Positions 27,495 to 38,800 of a DNA stretch of 64,000 nucleotides are shown piece after piece. This DNA comes from an uncultured virus (IMG/VR IMGVR_UViG_3300040815_003350) (taxonomy: Duplodnaviria > Heunggongvirae > Uroviricota > Caudoviricetes): the IMG/VR virus record IMGVR_UViG_3300040815_003350, one strand, 5' to 3'. Under the pieces are notes generated by a model that was given only the letters and a program-made list of their open reading frames with translations, searched no databases and had not been told where the DNA came from. The translations under genes were made by a program, and so were the position numbers. Position 1 is the first letter of the stretch; every line of letters starts with the position of its first letter.

Positions 27495-29273
27495 ATGGCA
27501 GAACAAATAATCTCACCAGGAGTATTTACGAACGAAAGTGTTCCTGTAACAACTGAAGCCCCCGTAGTTCCCGTAGGCGCCGCTATTATAGGTCCTTCGG
27601 TTTTAGGTCCTGTGGGGATTCCAACTATATGTACTACTTATAGTGATTATCTACAAAAGTTTGGTGGCACTTTCGTAAGTGGAGGCCAAGCTAGAAACTA
27701 TCTTACTAACATCTCAGCTTATAACTACTTCCAACAAGGTGGTCAACGCCTCCTAATGACAAGAGTAGTTAGTGGGTCTGGATTTAGCGCAGCTACTTCC
27801 TCTCTCATTGAAACTGGTAGCTCAACATCTGGCAACCTTCCATCAGGTTTAGGAGGCGACGTATTCGTTCTTCAAACTATTTCTGAAGGTGACATCATGA
27901 ATACTGGTGACACTGAAGAGGCGGGTAATGTACTCCCAGAGGGCTCAAAAGACAATGTAAGATGGGAAATTTCTCAAGCTGACACTGCTTCTGGTACATT
28001 TACTTTAACCATTAGAAGAGGTGACGATAGACACACAGACAAAACTGTATTAGAAACCTTTAGACAAGTAGACCTTGATCCACGTTCACCAAACTTTATT
28101 TCTAAAAGAGTTGGTAGCCAAATCAAATCTGTTGCTGGAGACGCATCCGCAGGCTACTATATTTCTATCACAGGTCAATATCCTAATGTAAGTAAGTATG
28201 TAGTAGTTAAGCAAGTTAACCTAACTACTCCCGATTTCCTTGACGACGATGGAAACATCAGAGTAACAGGGTCTGAGTTTAAAATCCCAGGCAACCAAAG
28301 TGGCTCATTTGGGGCTGCGGGAGGTAGCCTTTTCTATGGACAAGCTGGTGGTACTAAATTCAACGAAAATATCGTAGAAGCTAATAGCCAAGGTTTACAA
28401 GGTGATGATTATGAATCATCAATTGATTTGCTAAAAAATAAGGATGAATTCCCTTATAATGTATTATCAGTTCCTGGTTTAGTGTACGAGTTTAATCTTG
28501 ATTCAGATGCCTCACACAAAACTCAATTAGATTCTATCATTACTAATTTAACATCTAGAGGTGATGCTATTTTACCACTTGATTTAGTTAAGTATAATAA
28601 TAGCACTAATGGTGTTGTTGCTCAAGCAAACAAATTAAATACTTCATATGCTGCTTCATACTGGCCTTGGGTTAAGGTACGTGATGAAGCCTTAAGTAAA
28701 AATGTTTGGGTACCTGCTTCAACAATTATTCCTTCAGTATATGTCTTTAATGATAATAATGCTGAAGCTTGGTTTGCCCCAGCAGGTTTTACTAGAGGAT
28801 CTATGCCAAGAGTTGTAGCTCCCGAAAGAACATTACCTAGAGCTACTAGAGATACTTTATACTCTAATAAAGTAAACCCAATTGCTACCTTCCCTAACAC
28901 AGGTGTAGTAGTATACGGTCAAAAGACACTTCAAACTAAAGCTTCTGCTACTGACAGAGTTAATGTTAGAAGATTGTTAATTGCTTTAAAACAGTTTATT
29001 ACTAATGTTTCTAATAACTTAGTATTCGAACCTAACTCATTAGCAACTAGAAATAGCTTCTTAGCAGTTGTTAATCCTTACCTCGAAACAGTACAACAAA
29101 AACAAGGATTGTACGCCTTTAAGGTAGTAATGGATTCTACAAACAACGGCCCAGATGTTATTGACAGAAATGAATTAAGAGGTGCTATTTACCTCCAACC
29201 AGTTAAGACTGCTGAATTTATCGTTCTCGATTTCAACGTCTTACCTACAGGAGCTGAATTCCCAACCGCTTAA
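27495..29273 (+). CDS. Tail sheath protein 1
   Basis: ISPGVFTNE, YWPW, WFAPAG..RG, YGQKT, DRVNVRRL, VFEPN and LQPVKTAEFI. Confidence 0.93.
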   Translation: MAEQIISPGVFTNESVPVTTEAPVVPVGAAIIGPSVLGPVGIPTICTTYSDYLQKFGGTFVSGGQARNYLTNISAYNYFQQGGQRLLMTRVVSGSGFSAATSSLIETGSSTSGNLPSGLGGDVFVLQTISEGDIMNTGDTEEAGNVLPEGSKDNVRWEISQADTASGTFTLTIRRGDDRHTDKTVLETFRQVDLDPRSPNFISKRVGSQIKSVAGDASAGYYISITGQYPNVSKYVVVKQVNLTTPDFLDDDGNIRVTGSEFKIPGNQSGSFGAAGGSLFYGQAGGTKFNENIVEANSQGLQGDDYESSIDLLKNKDEFPYNVLSVPGLVYEFNLDSDASHKTQLDSIITNLTSRGDAILPLDLVKYNNSTNGVVAQANKLNTSYAASYWPWVKVRDEALSKNVWVPASTIIPSVYVFNDNNAEAWFAPAGFTRGSMPRVVAPERTLPRATRDTLYSNKVNPIATFPNTGVVVYGQKTLQTKASATDRVNVRRLLIALKQFITNVSNNLVFEPNSLATRNSFLAVVNPYLETVQQKQGLYAFKVVMDSTNNGPDVIDRNELRGAIYLQPVKTAEFIVLDFNVLPTGAEFPTA

Positions 29274-29321
29274 TAAATTAAATATATTAGATAAAAATTA
29301 AACATTTGAAATTAGAATAAC

Positions 29322-31115
29322 ATGGCAGAACAAATAATATCACCAGGAGTATTTACTAATGAGAATGTGCCTACAATATTGGAAGCAGCAGCCGCCCCTA
29401 TCGGGGCAGCTGTTGTTGGTCCAACTCCATTAGGAAGAGTAGGCATTCCTACATTAGTTACTACCTTTAGTGATTTTCAAACAAAATTCGGAACCACTTT
29501 CTTAAGTGGTACAGAGGATTATTCATTTTTAACCTCAATCTCAGCCCAAAACTATTTCCAACAAGGAGGTACTAATTTATTAGTTACTCGTGTTGCGAAA
29601 GGTGGAGCAGGAGCCTTTAGTGAGGCTACTTCTTCATACGTTGGTTGTAGTGGTAGTGTGGCAAATGATGATGTAGATAACGAAGGCGGAAGTAACGGCG
29701 CAACAGAGGGTGTATTCGTATTGAAAACCCTCTCTCAGGGTGACGTAATGAACAGCACAGGATCTATAGGATTCGCAGGTCCAACAATTGCTTCTTCATT
29801 AGAAAGCGGATCTAAAGATAACTTAAGATGGGAAATTACCCAAAGAGATGAAGCTGCGGGTACATTTACTCTCCTTATTAGACAAGGTAATGACAAAGCT
29901 TCTGATAAAAAAGTACTTGAAACCTACAGAAGTGTAACTTTGGATCCTTACTCTGATAATTACATATCTAAGTTAATAGGTGATACCTATTCTGAAATAG
30001 CTACTGATCCTGATGATAACTCTTCCTTCGTCAAAATCAATGGTGAATACCCACAAAGAAGTAATTATGTGTACGTTGCTGCTGTAAACGCTCCAACTCC
30101 AAATTACTTAAACGCTCAAGGTAACGTAAGTAATGCTGACTTTACAGCTTCAATTCCTGACGTACAAAATGGTGCTTTTGCTAGTGCTAAAGGTAGCAAC
30201 ATTGATAATATAGCTTGTAATATGTACGAAGATATCGCTTCTCAAACCCAAGGATTAGCTGCGGGTGATTATGAAGATGCTATTGATATCTTAAAAAACA
30301 AGGATGAATATAAGTACAACGTAATAACCACACCAGGATTACTTTACGAAGAAAGTACTCATAAAACTCGTCTTGATGAATTAATTGCTGACTTACAAGT
30401 TAGAACAGATGCTATAGCACCAATTGATTTAGTAGGATATGGAACACCTGTTGCTTCAGTCCCAGCACAATCAAATGCTCTTAACACTTCATACGCAGCT
30501 GCTTACTGGCCTTGGGTATTAGTTAATGACTTACAAACAGGTAAAGCAGTTTGGTGTCCAGCATCAACTATTATTCCTTCAGTATATATCTTTAACGATA
30601 ACTCAACAGCCGCTTGGTTCGCTCCAGCAGGTTTAACAAGAGGTACTATGCCTAATGTTATACTCCCAGAAAGAACATTGCCAAGATCTGACAGAGATAC
30701 TTTGTATGAAGCTAAAATTAACCCAATTGTTAAGTTCCCACAAACGGGTGTAGCAGTATACGGTCAGAAAACATTACAATCAGTTGCTTCAGCTACTGAC
30801 AGAGTTAATGTTAGAAGATTGTTGATTACTTTGAAAAACTTTATTAGTAACGTTGCTCAAGGGTTAGTATTCGAACCTAACTCGTTAGCCACCAGAAACG
30901 CGTTCCTTGCGGTAGTAATCCCTTATATGGAATTAGTACAACAAAGACAAGGTGTTTATGCCTTTAAGGTAGTAATGGATGATACTAATAATGGTCCTGA
31001 AGTAATTGATAGGAATGAATTAAGAGGTGCTATTTACCTCCAACCAGTAAAAACAGCGGAATTCGTAGTCTTAGACTTTAACGTCTTACCAACTGGAGCT
31101 GAATTCCCATCATAA
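29322..31115 (+). CDS. Tail sheath protein 2 (tandem paralog)
   Basis: Same sheath motifs as the upstream gene, with near-identical N and C termini. Confidence 0.93.
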   Translation: MAEQIISPGVFTNENVPTILEAAAAPIGAAVVGPTPLGRVGIPTLVTTFSDFQTKFGTTFLSGTEDYSFLTSISAQNYFQQGGTNLLVTRVAKGGAGAFSEATSSYVGCSGSVANDDVDNEGGSNGATEGVFVLKTLSQGDVMNSTGSIGFAGPTIASSLESGSKDNLRWEITQRDEAAGTFTLLIRQGNDKASDKKVLETYRSVTLDPYSDNYISKLIGDTYSEIATDPDDNSSFVKINGEYPQRSNYVYVAAVNAPTPNYLNAQGNVSNADFTASIPDVQNGAFASAKGSNIDNIACNMYEDIASQTQGLAAGDYEDAIDILKNKDEYKYNVITTPGLLYEESTHKTRLDELIADLQVRTDAIAPIDLVGYGTPVASVPAQSNALNTSYAAAYWPWVLVNDLQTGKAVWCPASTIIPSVYIFNDNSTAAWFAPAGLTRGTMPNVILPERTLPRSDRDTLYEAKINPIVKFPQTGVAVYGQKTLQSVASATDRVNVRRLLITLKNFISNVAQGLVFEPNSLATRNAFLAVVIPYMELVQQRQGVYAFKVVMDDTNNGPEVIDRNELRGAIYLQPVKTAEFVVLDFNVLPTGAEFPS

Positions 31116-31167
31116 TAAATTATAACATTTAATTAAAAATTAAGAACAAAAATAAAATTTAGAAAAC

Positions 31168-31656
31168 ATGGCAGTATTAGATACAAACGAGTTGTTTTTT
31201 ACAGCATTTGAACCCAAACAACAGAATCGGTTCCTCATGTCTGTAGATGGCATCGAATCATATATCGTAAAAGGTGTTGGCGCTATTACATTAACACAAG
31301 GTGAAGTAACTCTTAACCACATTAACGTTTACAGAAAAGTTAAGGGTAAAACTACTTGGGGTAACGTAGCATTAACTTTACACGATCCAATTTCTCCTTC
31401 CGGAACTCAACAAGTAATGGAATGGGTAAGATTACACCACGAATCAGTAACAGGTAGAGATGGTTACTCTGACTACTATAAGAAAGACGTAACATTAAGC
31501 ATCTTAGGACCTGTAGGTGATGTAGTTTCAGAATGGATCTTAAAGGGTTGCTTCATTGTAGATGCCAACTTTGGTGATTACAACTGGGACAACGCTGACA
31601 CAGCTCAGTCACTCACAATGACCCTTTCACCAGATTACTGCGTATTAAACTACTAA
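31168..31656 (+). CDS. Tail tube protein (T4 gp19-like)
   Basis: FEPKQQNRF, W..V.LTLHDP, YKKD..L..LGPVGDVVSEW.LKG. Follows the sheath genes. Confidence 0.85.
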   Translation: MAVLDTNELFFTAFEPKQQNRFLMSVDGIESYIVKGVGAITLTQGEVTLNHINVYRKVKGKTTWGNVALTLHDPISPSGTQQVMEWVRLHHESVTGRDGYSDYYKKDVTLSILGPVGDVVSEWILKGCFIVDANFGDYNWDNADTAQSLTMTLSPDYCVLNY

Positions 31657-31674
31657 TACCTAGTAAAAATCTAT

Positions 31675-31710
31675 CAAGGAAAGCGCACGAAAGTGCGCTT
31701 TTCTTGTTTT
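31675..31710 (+). terminator. Intrinsic terminator with GAAA tetraloop
   Basis: AAAGCGCAC-GAAA-GTGCGCTTT followed by TCTTGTTTT. Confidence 0.85.
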
Positions 31711-31715
31711 TATAT

Positions 31716-31724
31716 ATATTTATT
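31716..31724 (+). promoter_or_regulatory. Motif ATATTTATT
   Basis: After the tube terminator and upstream of the chaperone gene. Confidence 0.7.
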
Positions 31725-31749
31725 GTAAACAAATTAAAAGTTATTAATA

Positions 31750-32532
31750 ATGAGTGACGAAAAAACAGTTGAAACCCCTGTGGTAGAAAAAAAATTTGAT
31801 TTCCCCACAGAAATAGTAGAGCTACCTTCAAAAGGTTTACTTTACCCCAAATCAAACCCTCTATCTTCCGGTAAAATCGAAATGAAGTATATGACCGCTA
31901 AGGAGGAGGATATTTTAACCAACCAAAATTACATTAAACAAGGCGTTGTTCTTGATAAATTGATGCAATCATTGATCGTATCGAAGATCAATTATGATGA
32001 CCTTGTAGTAGGCGATAAAAACGCTATAATGGTCGCCTCTCGTATTCTTGGCTATGGTAAAGATTATACCTTTGAATATGAAGGTCAAGAAGTAACAGTT
32101 GATTTATCTGAAATTGAACCTAAGGTAATCAATGAAGAACATTTAGTAGAACCTCATACTAATGAGTTTGGTTATACTCTACCTCATACCAACACTCCAA
32201 TTACTTTTAAAATCTTAAATAATAAAGATGAAAAAGCAATTGAAGCCGAAGTAAAAGGTCTTAAAAAAATTAATAAGCTATCATCAGCTGAATTATCTAC
32301 TAGACTTAAGCATATGGTACTCTCAGTAAATGGTGATTCATCTACTAAAGCCATTAGAGAATTTGTTGACAAATATTTCTTAGCTCGTGATTCAAGAGCT
32401 TTAAGAGAACATATCAAGGAGATACAGCCCGATATGGATCTTACATTTGATTTTTATCCCGATAATGGGGATGAAACCCAAGAAAGTGTAAAGATTCCTA
32501 TCGGGGTCACGTTTTTTTGGCCTGACGCCTGA
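31750..32532 (+). CDS. Tail assembly chaperone / baseplate hub assembly protein (T4 gp26-like)
   Basis: VELPSKG..YP, MTAKEEDIL, GD..AI....R..GYG, and a C-terminal FFWP. Lies between the tube and tape measure genes. Confidence 0.75.
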   Translation: MSDEKTVETPVVEKKFDFPTEIVELPSKGLLYPKSNPLSSGKIEMKYMTAKEEDILTNQNYIKQGVVLDKLMQSLIVSKINYDDLVVGDKNAIMVASRILGYGKDYTFEYEGQEVTVDLSEIEPKVINEEHLVEPHTNEFGYTLPHTNTPITFKILNNKDEKAIEAEVKGLKKINKLSSAELSTRLKHMVLSVNGDSSTKAIREFVDKYFLARDSRALREHIKEIQPDMDLTFDFYPDNGDETQESVKIPIGVTFFWPDA

Positions 32533-32545
32533 GTATAGGTTTCAT

Positions 32546-32773
32546 ATGTTTTCTGTGATACATGATATAGTGTATCATGGTAATGGAGGTTTTGATTGGC
32601 ATACTGTTTATAATATGCCTATATGGTTGCGAAAATTTACATATAAAAAGATTGCCGATTTTATAACAAAGAAAAATGAAGCATCAGCCCCTACGCAATC
32701 CTCACAGGGAAGCAGCAGACAAATAGACTTTTCTGCCCCTCCCTCAGATATCAAACCAGGACAACGAATGTAA
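32546..32773 (+). CDS. Second tail chaperone segment (probably expressed as a frameshift extension of 31750-32532)
   Basis: HGNGGFDWHTVYNMPIWLRKF. The frame is open upstream through the T7 run at 32512-32518. Confidence 0.65.
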   Translation: MFSVIHDIVYHGNGGFDWHTVYNMPIWLRKFTYKKIADFITKKNEASAPTQSSQGSSRQIDFSAPPSDIKPGQRM

Positions 32774-32800
32774 AAGGGTGGTGCGAAAGCATCACCCTTT
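32773..32800 (+). terminator. Hairpin / probable terminator with GAAA tetraloop
   Basis: AAAGGGTGGTGC-GAAA-GCATCACCCTTT. Confidence 0.7.
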
Positions 32801-32801
32801 A

Positions 32802-32810
32802 ATATTTATT
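32802..32810 (+). promoter_or_regulatory. Motif ATATTTATT
   Basis: Upstream of the tape measure gene. Confidence 0.7.
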
Positions 32811-32823
32811 AAAAAACAACTGT

Positions 32824-35800
32824 ATGGCTACTGAAGATCAGTTAAATAATCAAAGAGAACTTAATAGGGCTTTAGAGGAGTATTCTAGTGGATTAACTGA
32901 CGCTTCAGATTTTATATCCATTTTAACTTCTAGAACCTCTGATTTAGTAGACCAATATAGAGGTTTAGGTAGAGCTTCTAAAGAGTTTGGGGAAAATAAT
33001 AAACAAACCCTTTCAATAATAAAACAGGTAAGTACGGCAGCTCGTGCTATGCAAAATCCTTATGAAAAAATTAAGGATGTTCAAAAAGACATTGAAAAAT
33101 CTTTAAAAACTCAAACTCAACTTACTAATTCTCTTAATGTAGCTGAAAGTAGATTAGGTAGAACACAAAAAGCAAATCTTAAAGAAGTTACTCAACAAAG
33201 AGAAAAAATTCTTGGGTTAGAAACTAAACAAAGGATAACTGAAGGTAAATTAGGAGCTAAATCCTTAAAACAAGCTGAAGAAGTTTTTGATTTACAAGTT
33301 CAAGCTAAGGAACAACAAGAACGTATTAATTTTTTAACTGAAAGTGGCCTCCAAGCAGGAGATAAAGCATACGACCAAGCCGTTTCAGAACAACAATTAT
33401 TAGATGCTCGACTTAGGGCTAAATCTAAAAATTTAAGTATAGATCAACAACTCTTCATCCAACAAGAAAAAGAACTTAGCACAGAAAGAGATTCATTGGA
33501 AGTTTCTGAAAATAAACTGGATGTAGAGACCAAAATGGTCCTTACTCTAAAACAAGCTGAAGTAGCTAATAAAAAATCCTTAGATTATTTAAGAGACCAA
33601 GAATTTCGAATTAATACTATCAATAGAGCCCAGGGTTTATATAATAATACTCTAGGACTCTCAGGAAAACTTCTTAGTAGATTAGGACTTGAAAATTCTA
33701 AAATTCAAGAAGCAATTCAAGCAGGAAGTGACTCTGCTAATGATTTAGCTAAAGAATTAACTAATGGGGGTCAACAAGCAGTAGGATTTGGTGGTAAACT
33801 TAGAATTTTAGGTACAGGGTTGTTATCATTTGTTAAAACCTTAGGTAAAGAAATAGCCGCCGCCTTTACTATATTTGTTCTTAAAAAGACAATTTATGAT
33901 CCAATCAAAGCAACATTTGATGCCTTATTAGGTCCTGCTAAAAAAATAGCAGGAGAAATAAAAGGATATTTCCAAGAAGCTATTGGGTTTATAATGGACT
34001 CGTTCTTTAGTATTAGAGGGTTTGTTCAATCTTTTGAACAAGGAGAACAGTTAGCATTCAAATATTCTCAAGCAGTAGCTGATATTGCTACAAATTTAGG
34101 TGTTGGAACTCAAGAAGCTGAAAAACTATTTGATCAAGCTGATAGGATAGGTGATAGATTAACAATGTTGCCTGAAGATGTTTTAAAATTAACTGAAAGC
34201 TTAAACCAAGCATTCGGTACAACACAAACATTCTCAGACCAAACTGTGGAAACGTTTGGTATATTAGTTACTAGATTAGGTTTAGCTAATGATGAAGCAG
34301 CAGAATTTGTAAAATTAAGTCAACTTAGTGGTCAAGAATCTGAAAATTTTACTGAAACAACTCAAAATCAAATTAGAGCACTTAAAGCTAGATATAATGT
34401 TGCTGTTTCTGAAACAGCAGTAATGAAAGAGATGGCTAATGCTAGTTCAGCCATTCAATTATCTATGAGGAGTGGAGGTAAAAATATAGTAGAGGCCGCA
34501 TTCCAAGCTAAAAAATTAGGATTAGAACTTAACCAAGTAGAAGGAATAGCAGGTAATTTACTAAACTTTGAAGAGTCCATTGCTAAAGAAATGGAAGCTG
34601 AGTTATTACTTGGTAGGAATCTTAACTTAGATAGGGCTCGTGCTGCTGCTTTAAACAATGATTTAGCAACAGTAGCTTCCGAAATTTCACGCCAAGCAGG
34701 ATCTGCTGCTGAATTTGGTAGAATGAGTGTAATCCAACAGGAAGCACTAGCAGCTGCTGTTGGTATGTCACGTAATGAATTAGGTGATCTCTTAAAAACC
34801 CAAGAATTACTAGCAGGAACAGGTTTTGAGGACATGAACGCTGCCCAACAAGACTACTTAAAATTAGTTGAAAAACTTGGTTCTGAAGAAGCAGCTATGG
34901 CAGAAATGAGACAACGAGGCCTCAGTGAAGAACTAGTTAATACTGTTAGAAAAGCTTCAGCACAAGAATTAGAACAAAAAAGGCAAGAAAAACTTCTTAG
35001 GGCCCAATTAGATATGGCTGAAGCTATGATGCCTGTAGTTAGAGCATTTAGAGATATTTCACAATTAGTCCAAGATATTAGAAATGTTTTTATCCAACAA
35101 TTAAGACCTTTCTTTAAAGAATTAGGTTTTAGCATCAAAGATGCTGGTAAAGCTATGAAAAATACTTTACTGGATGCTGCTGTTAAAGTAGGTGAAAAAG
35201 TAAATGATATAGGATTAACCCTTGTTAAATTTGCTCGTACCCATGGCCCTGAAATTAAAAAAACATTTGACACAGTATTGGGTGTATTCGGAGCTATATA
35301 CAGTAAAATAGGGGAAATTATAAGTGAGTTATTTGATTTAGATGAAACTGCTAATATAGGGGACCCCTTAGTAAGATCTTTAGATTTAGTACAAAATATA
35401 GCTGAAAATGTAACTGATTATATTAATAGCATAGATGCTGAATCTATTGCTTCTACTATTAAAGGTATAGCAAGTACTATAGTAGGATACTATGAGGGTT
35501 TAATAGGTATGGTTAAGTTTATCAAAGATAACCCTTGGTCAACTTTAGGAATTGTAGCAGGAGGTGCTACTCTTATATCACAATTAGTAGCTAGAGGTTC
35601 TAGAATGAACCCTATGTACACTAAAAGTGTAGATGGGGTAGGAGGTTTTAAAAACATATTTGAAAAATTATTTGGTAAACAATATAAAGGAGGACAAATG
35701 CTTCCTGGGGGTGGTAGAGCAGCAGCTGGAGGCCAAAGAGCAGGTGGTCTTCTTTCATCGGCAGGCTTTGCTAAAAGTGGGGTAGGACAAGTAGGAACTA

Positions 35801-38800
35801 AAATAGCTACAACTCTTTCCCCTGGCATGGCTGCGGGAGGAGCAGGTACAGCATTAGCTGGGTTAGGAGCCGCAGCAGGAGCCCTTTCATCTGCTGCTTT
35901 TATAGGCAAAGGAATATATGATGTATCCCAACTTGATAATAAAAGCACCTCAGGCGAAAAAGCTACTGCTAAAGGGGGTGCTTTAGGTGCTGGTGGAGGA
36001 GCATTATTAGGAGCCGCAATAGGAACTGCTATTCTTCCTGGTGTAGGTACTGCTATTGGTAGTGGTATAGGAGCAGCTGTAGGGTATTTTGGAGGTAGAA
36101 TGGTAGGGTCCATAGAGGACTATCAAGATGATTTAGATAAATCTAGAAAAAGATTAACAAAATCAGAAGAAGCAGCTTCGGCTTCTCGCCAATTACTCCA
36201 AGCTTCTCAAGATCAAATCTTAGCAGAGGCTAATGTTAGGTTAAAGAAACAATTTACTGATTTATCTAGTTATGATGCTGATGGTGTGTTAGGAATGACC
36301 AAAGAAAACTTACAAAAGTTTGGCCAACAATTACTAGACACAGGTAAAATAACCCAACAAGACTTCCAGGATGCTATGAGCGGAGTAATTACTCCCTCAG
36401 AACTGCTACAAACAGCACTTGAAAATACTAAAACTAAGTTTGATACCTTAAATACTAAAACTCAAGAAGTTATAAATCTTCAAATTGAAGAAGCAAAAAG
36501 AAAAGCAGCAGAACTTTATGGGGATCAAGCTCGCATAGAAGCTCAACAAAACTATGTTAATACACTTATTGATGAAGAAGGTAAATTAAGAACCGATCTT
36601 AGAGAAAACCAATCAGTTGCGGAAGAATTTGGAGAAAAAATAAGAGATATTGCTCTTGAAAGACAAGGATCTCTTTCTCTTCAATATCTTGACGCTGGTA
36701 CTATTCAAAAACTCCTTGAAGCTAAAACAGCTGAAGAAGTAGATTTAGGACCTAATGTAGGTAAGGGTGCGGTTGAATTTTATTTTAGCCAAGCCCAAAA
36801 GATGGCTGAAGAAACTAAAAATGCCCTTATGGATGCGGGGGCGACAAGTTTAACCCAAGACCAAATGCGTGATGCTGTTACAGCAGCAATCACTTCAGAA
36901 GCTGGAAGTTTCACTACAGAGGGTGTGTTTAGTTTTGATGCTGTAAGTCAAGGAGTTGACATGTTAGGAGCAGGATTAAGTGCTGTTTCAAAACAACTTG
37001 AAAGTGATGCTAATAATTTTGCTGCTGAAGTAGCTGAAACTACAGCTAAAGCTACTACTATGGGTGAAATCACAAGCAAAATTAATAGTGAATTAAATAC
37101 TTTATACGAAAGTTTTAATGCTTTTAATGGTCAGGCTGAAGCTGAAAATTTATTAAATAATATTTTTGATTTTAAAGTAGGAAAAGAAGGCCAAACTTTA
37201 AAACAACTTTTAGGAAAAGACCAAACTTCACGATTAATTGAACAAGCCTCAGATGGTTTAGATGCTGAAGAATTAAAAGGCCTTCAAGATCTTATAACTA
37301 CACTCTCAACAAAACAAGAGTTAGAAGCCCTAGACTTACAATACCTCTCAGATTCAATCAGAAAATTAGCAACCCAAGAACTTCAAGTCGAAGATGTTGA
37401 AGATGGAATAATACAATCTGTTCAAGATGGTCAAGCTTTAGCTTCTAAAGGACCGTTTACAATTACAGACAAATTTGGAGCAACCGCAGTCACTGCCGCT
37501 GGTGATGGAATTGTTGTATCACCAAATATTACACGTGTACAAGATGGTACAATACCAACAGGTACTGAATTTTTACTTAGCCAATTAGATTCTCGCTCAT
37601 TAGAAGGAACTCAAAGTTCAGGTAACATGAAGCCTGGGGATGCTATGGCTATGCTTTATAGAAATGCTGTTGTACCAAGTATGTTCCCTGATCGCCAGGA
37701 TCAAGCTGGTGTGATGAAAGAATTAATGTCTCTCCCAGAACAAAAACAAGCTCGAATTTTAAGTAATGTTGCTGGTTCCCAATCTGTACAGGATGGTATA
37801 ACAGGAGATCCTATGAAGGGTGCTGATCCCGCTAACGCTATAATGGCCATAAAATCTCCTTCTCAGGAACAAACATCTGAATTTAAAATCCCTGAGGCGG
37901 TAGCTAACATTCCTAATTTGACTAACCTTGATCTTTCTGGAATTAATAGAGGAGCAACAACTATTTCTCAAGGTGAAGGCCCAATTTCTTCCACAGAAAT
38001 GGAAATGCGCCAAGAAATAGGCCGTCAAAGACGAGGACAACAATTAGCATTTGAATCAGCAGTTAGAAGACAACAAGAAAAAGAAGAAGCTAGAGAAAAC
38101 CTTGCTGCTCTTGTTTACATGGCTAAAAAAGAACCAGGAGACTTTTTACAAGTTTTATTAGGTGGAATTTCATTAGGAGCTGAAGGTATAGGTCATGCTT
38201 TTCCATTACTTGAACCTATAGCACAACCTGTAGCAATCACAGCAGACTTATTAAATGCCACTATTAGTGGTATCAGAGCTTACTATTACGCCACTACAGG
38301 TAACCCATCCAAAGCACTAGTTTACTCAGGATTAGCTGGTTTAAGTCTTTCAGCAGCAATTCCAGTAGCAGGAGTTGGTGCTAATGCTTCACAAATTGCT
38401 ACCCTTATAGGTAAAGGTAAACACCTTATGCACCACGGAGGAGAAAAGGTCATTACAGCATATAAAGCAACAGATTTAGGTTTAAAACAAGGTACTAAAG
38501 CATTAGGTTTAAACAAAGGAAAAGGTTATTCTCATTTAACAGCGGCAACTGACGTTACTAACGCTTTTATAAGTGGTGAAGTCAATAATCTTATACTTAA
38601 TGAAGCACAAGAAGCTAGTAACTATATAACTGAAGTAGGAAATGAGTACATACAAGATTTCACCCAAGCTTTTGATACTCCTTCTGCTTCTGACAATGCT
38701 AATATTGCTATAAATCTTCAAAAAGATCCTCATTCTCCCGAATCCCAAATAATAGTACAAAGAATACTTAAAGATGCTGGGTTAGAAGGAGCTTCTGTTG

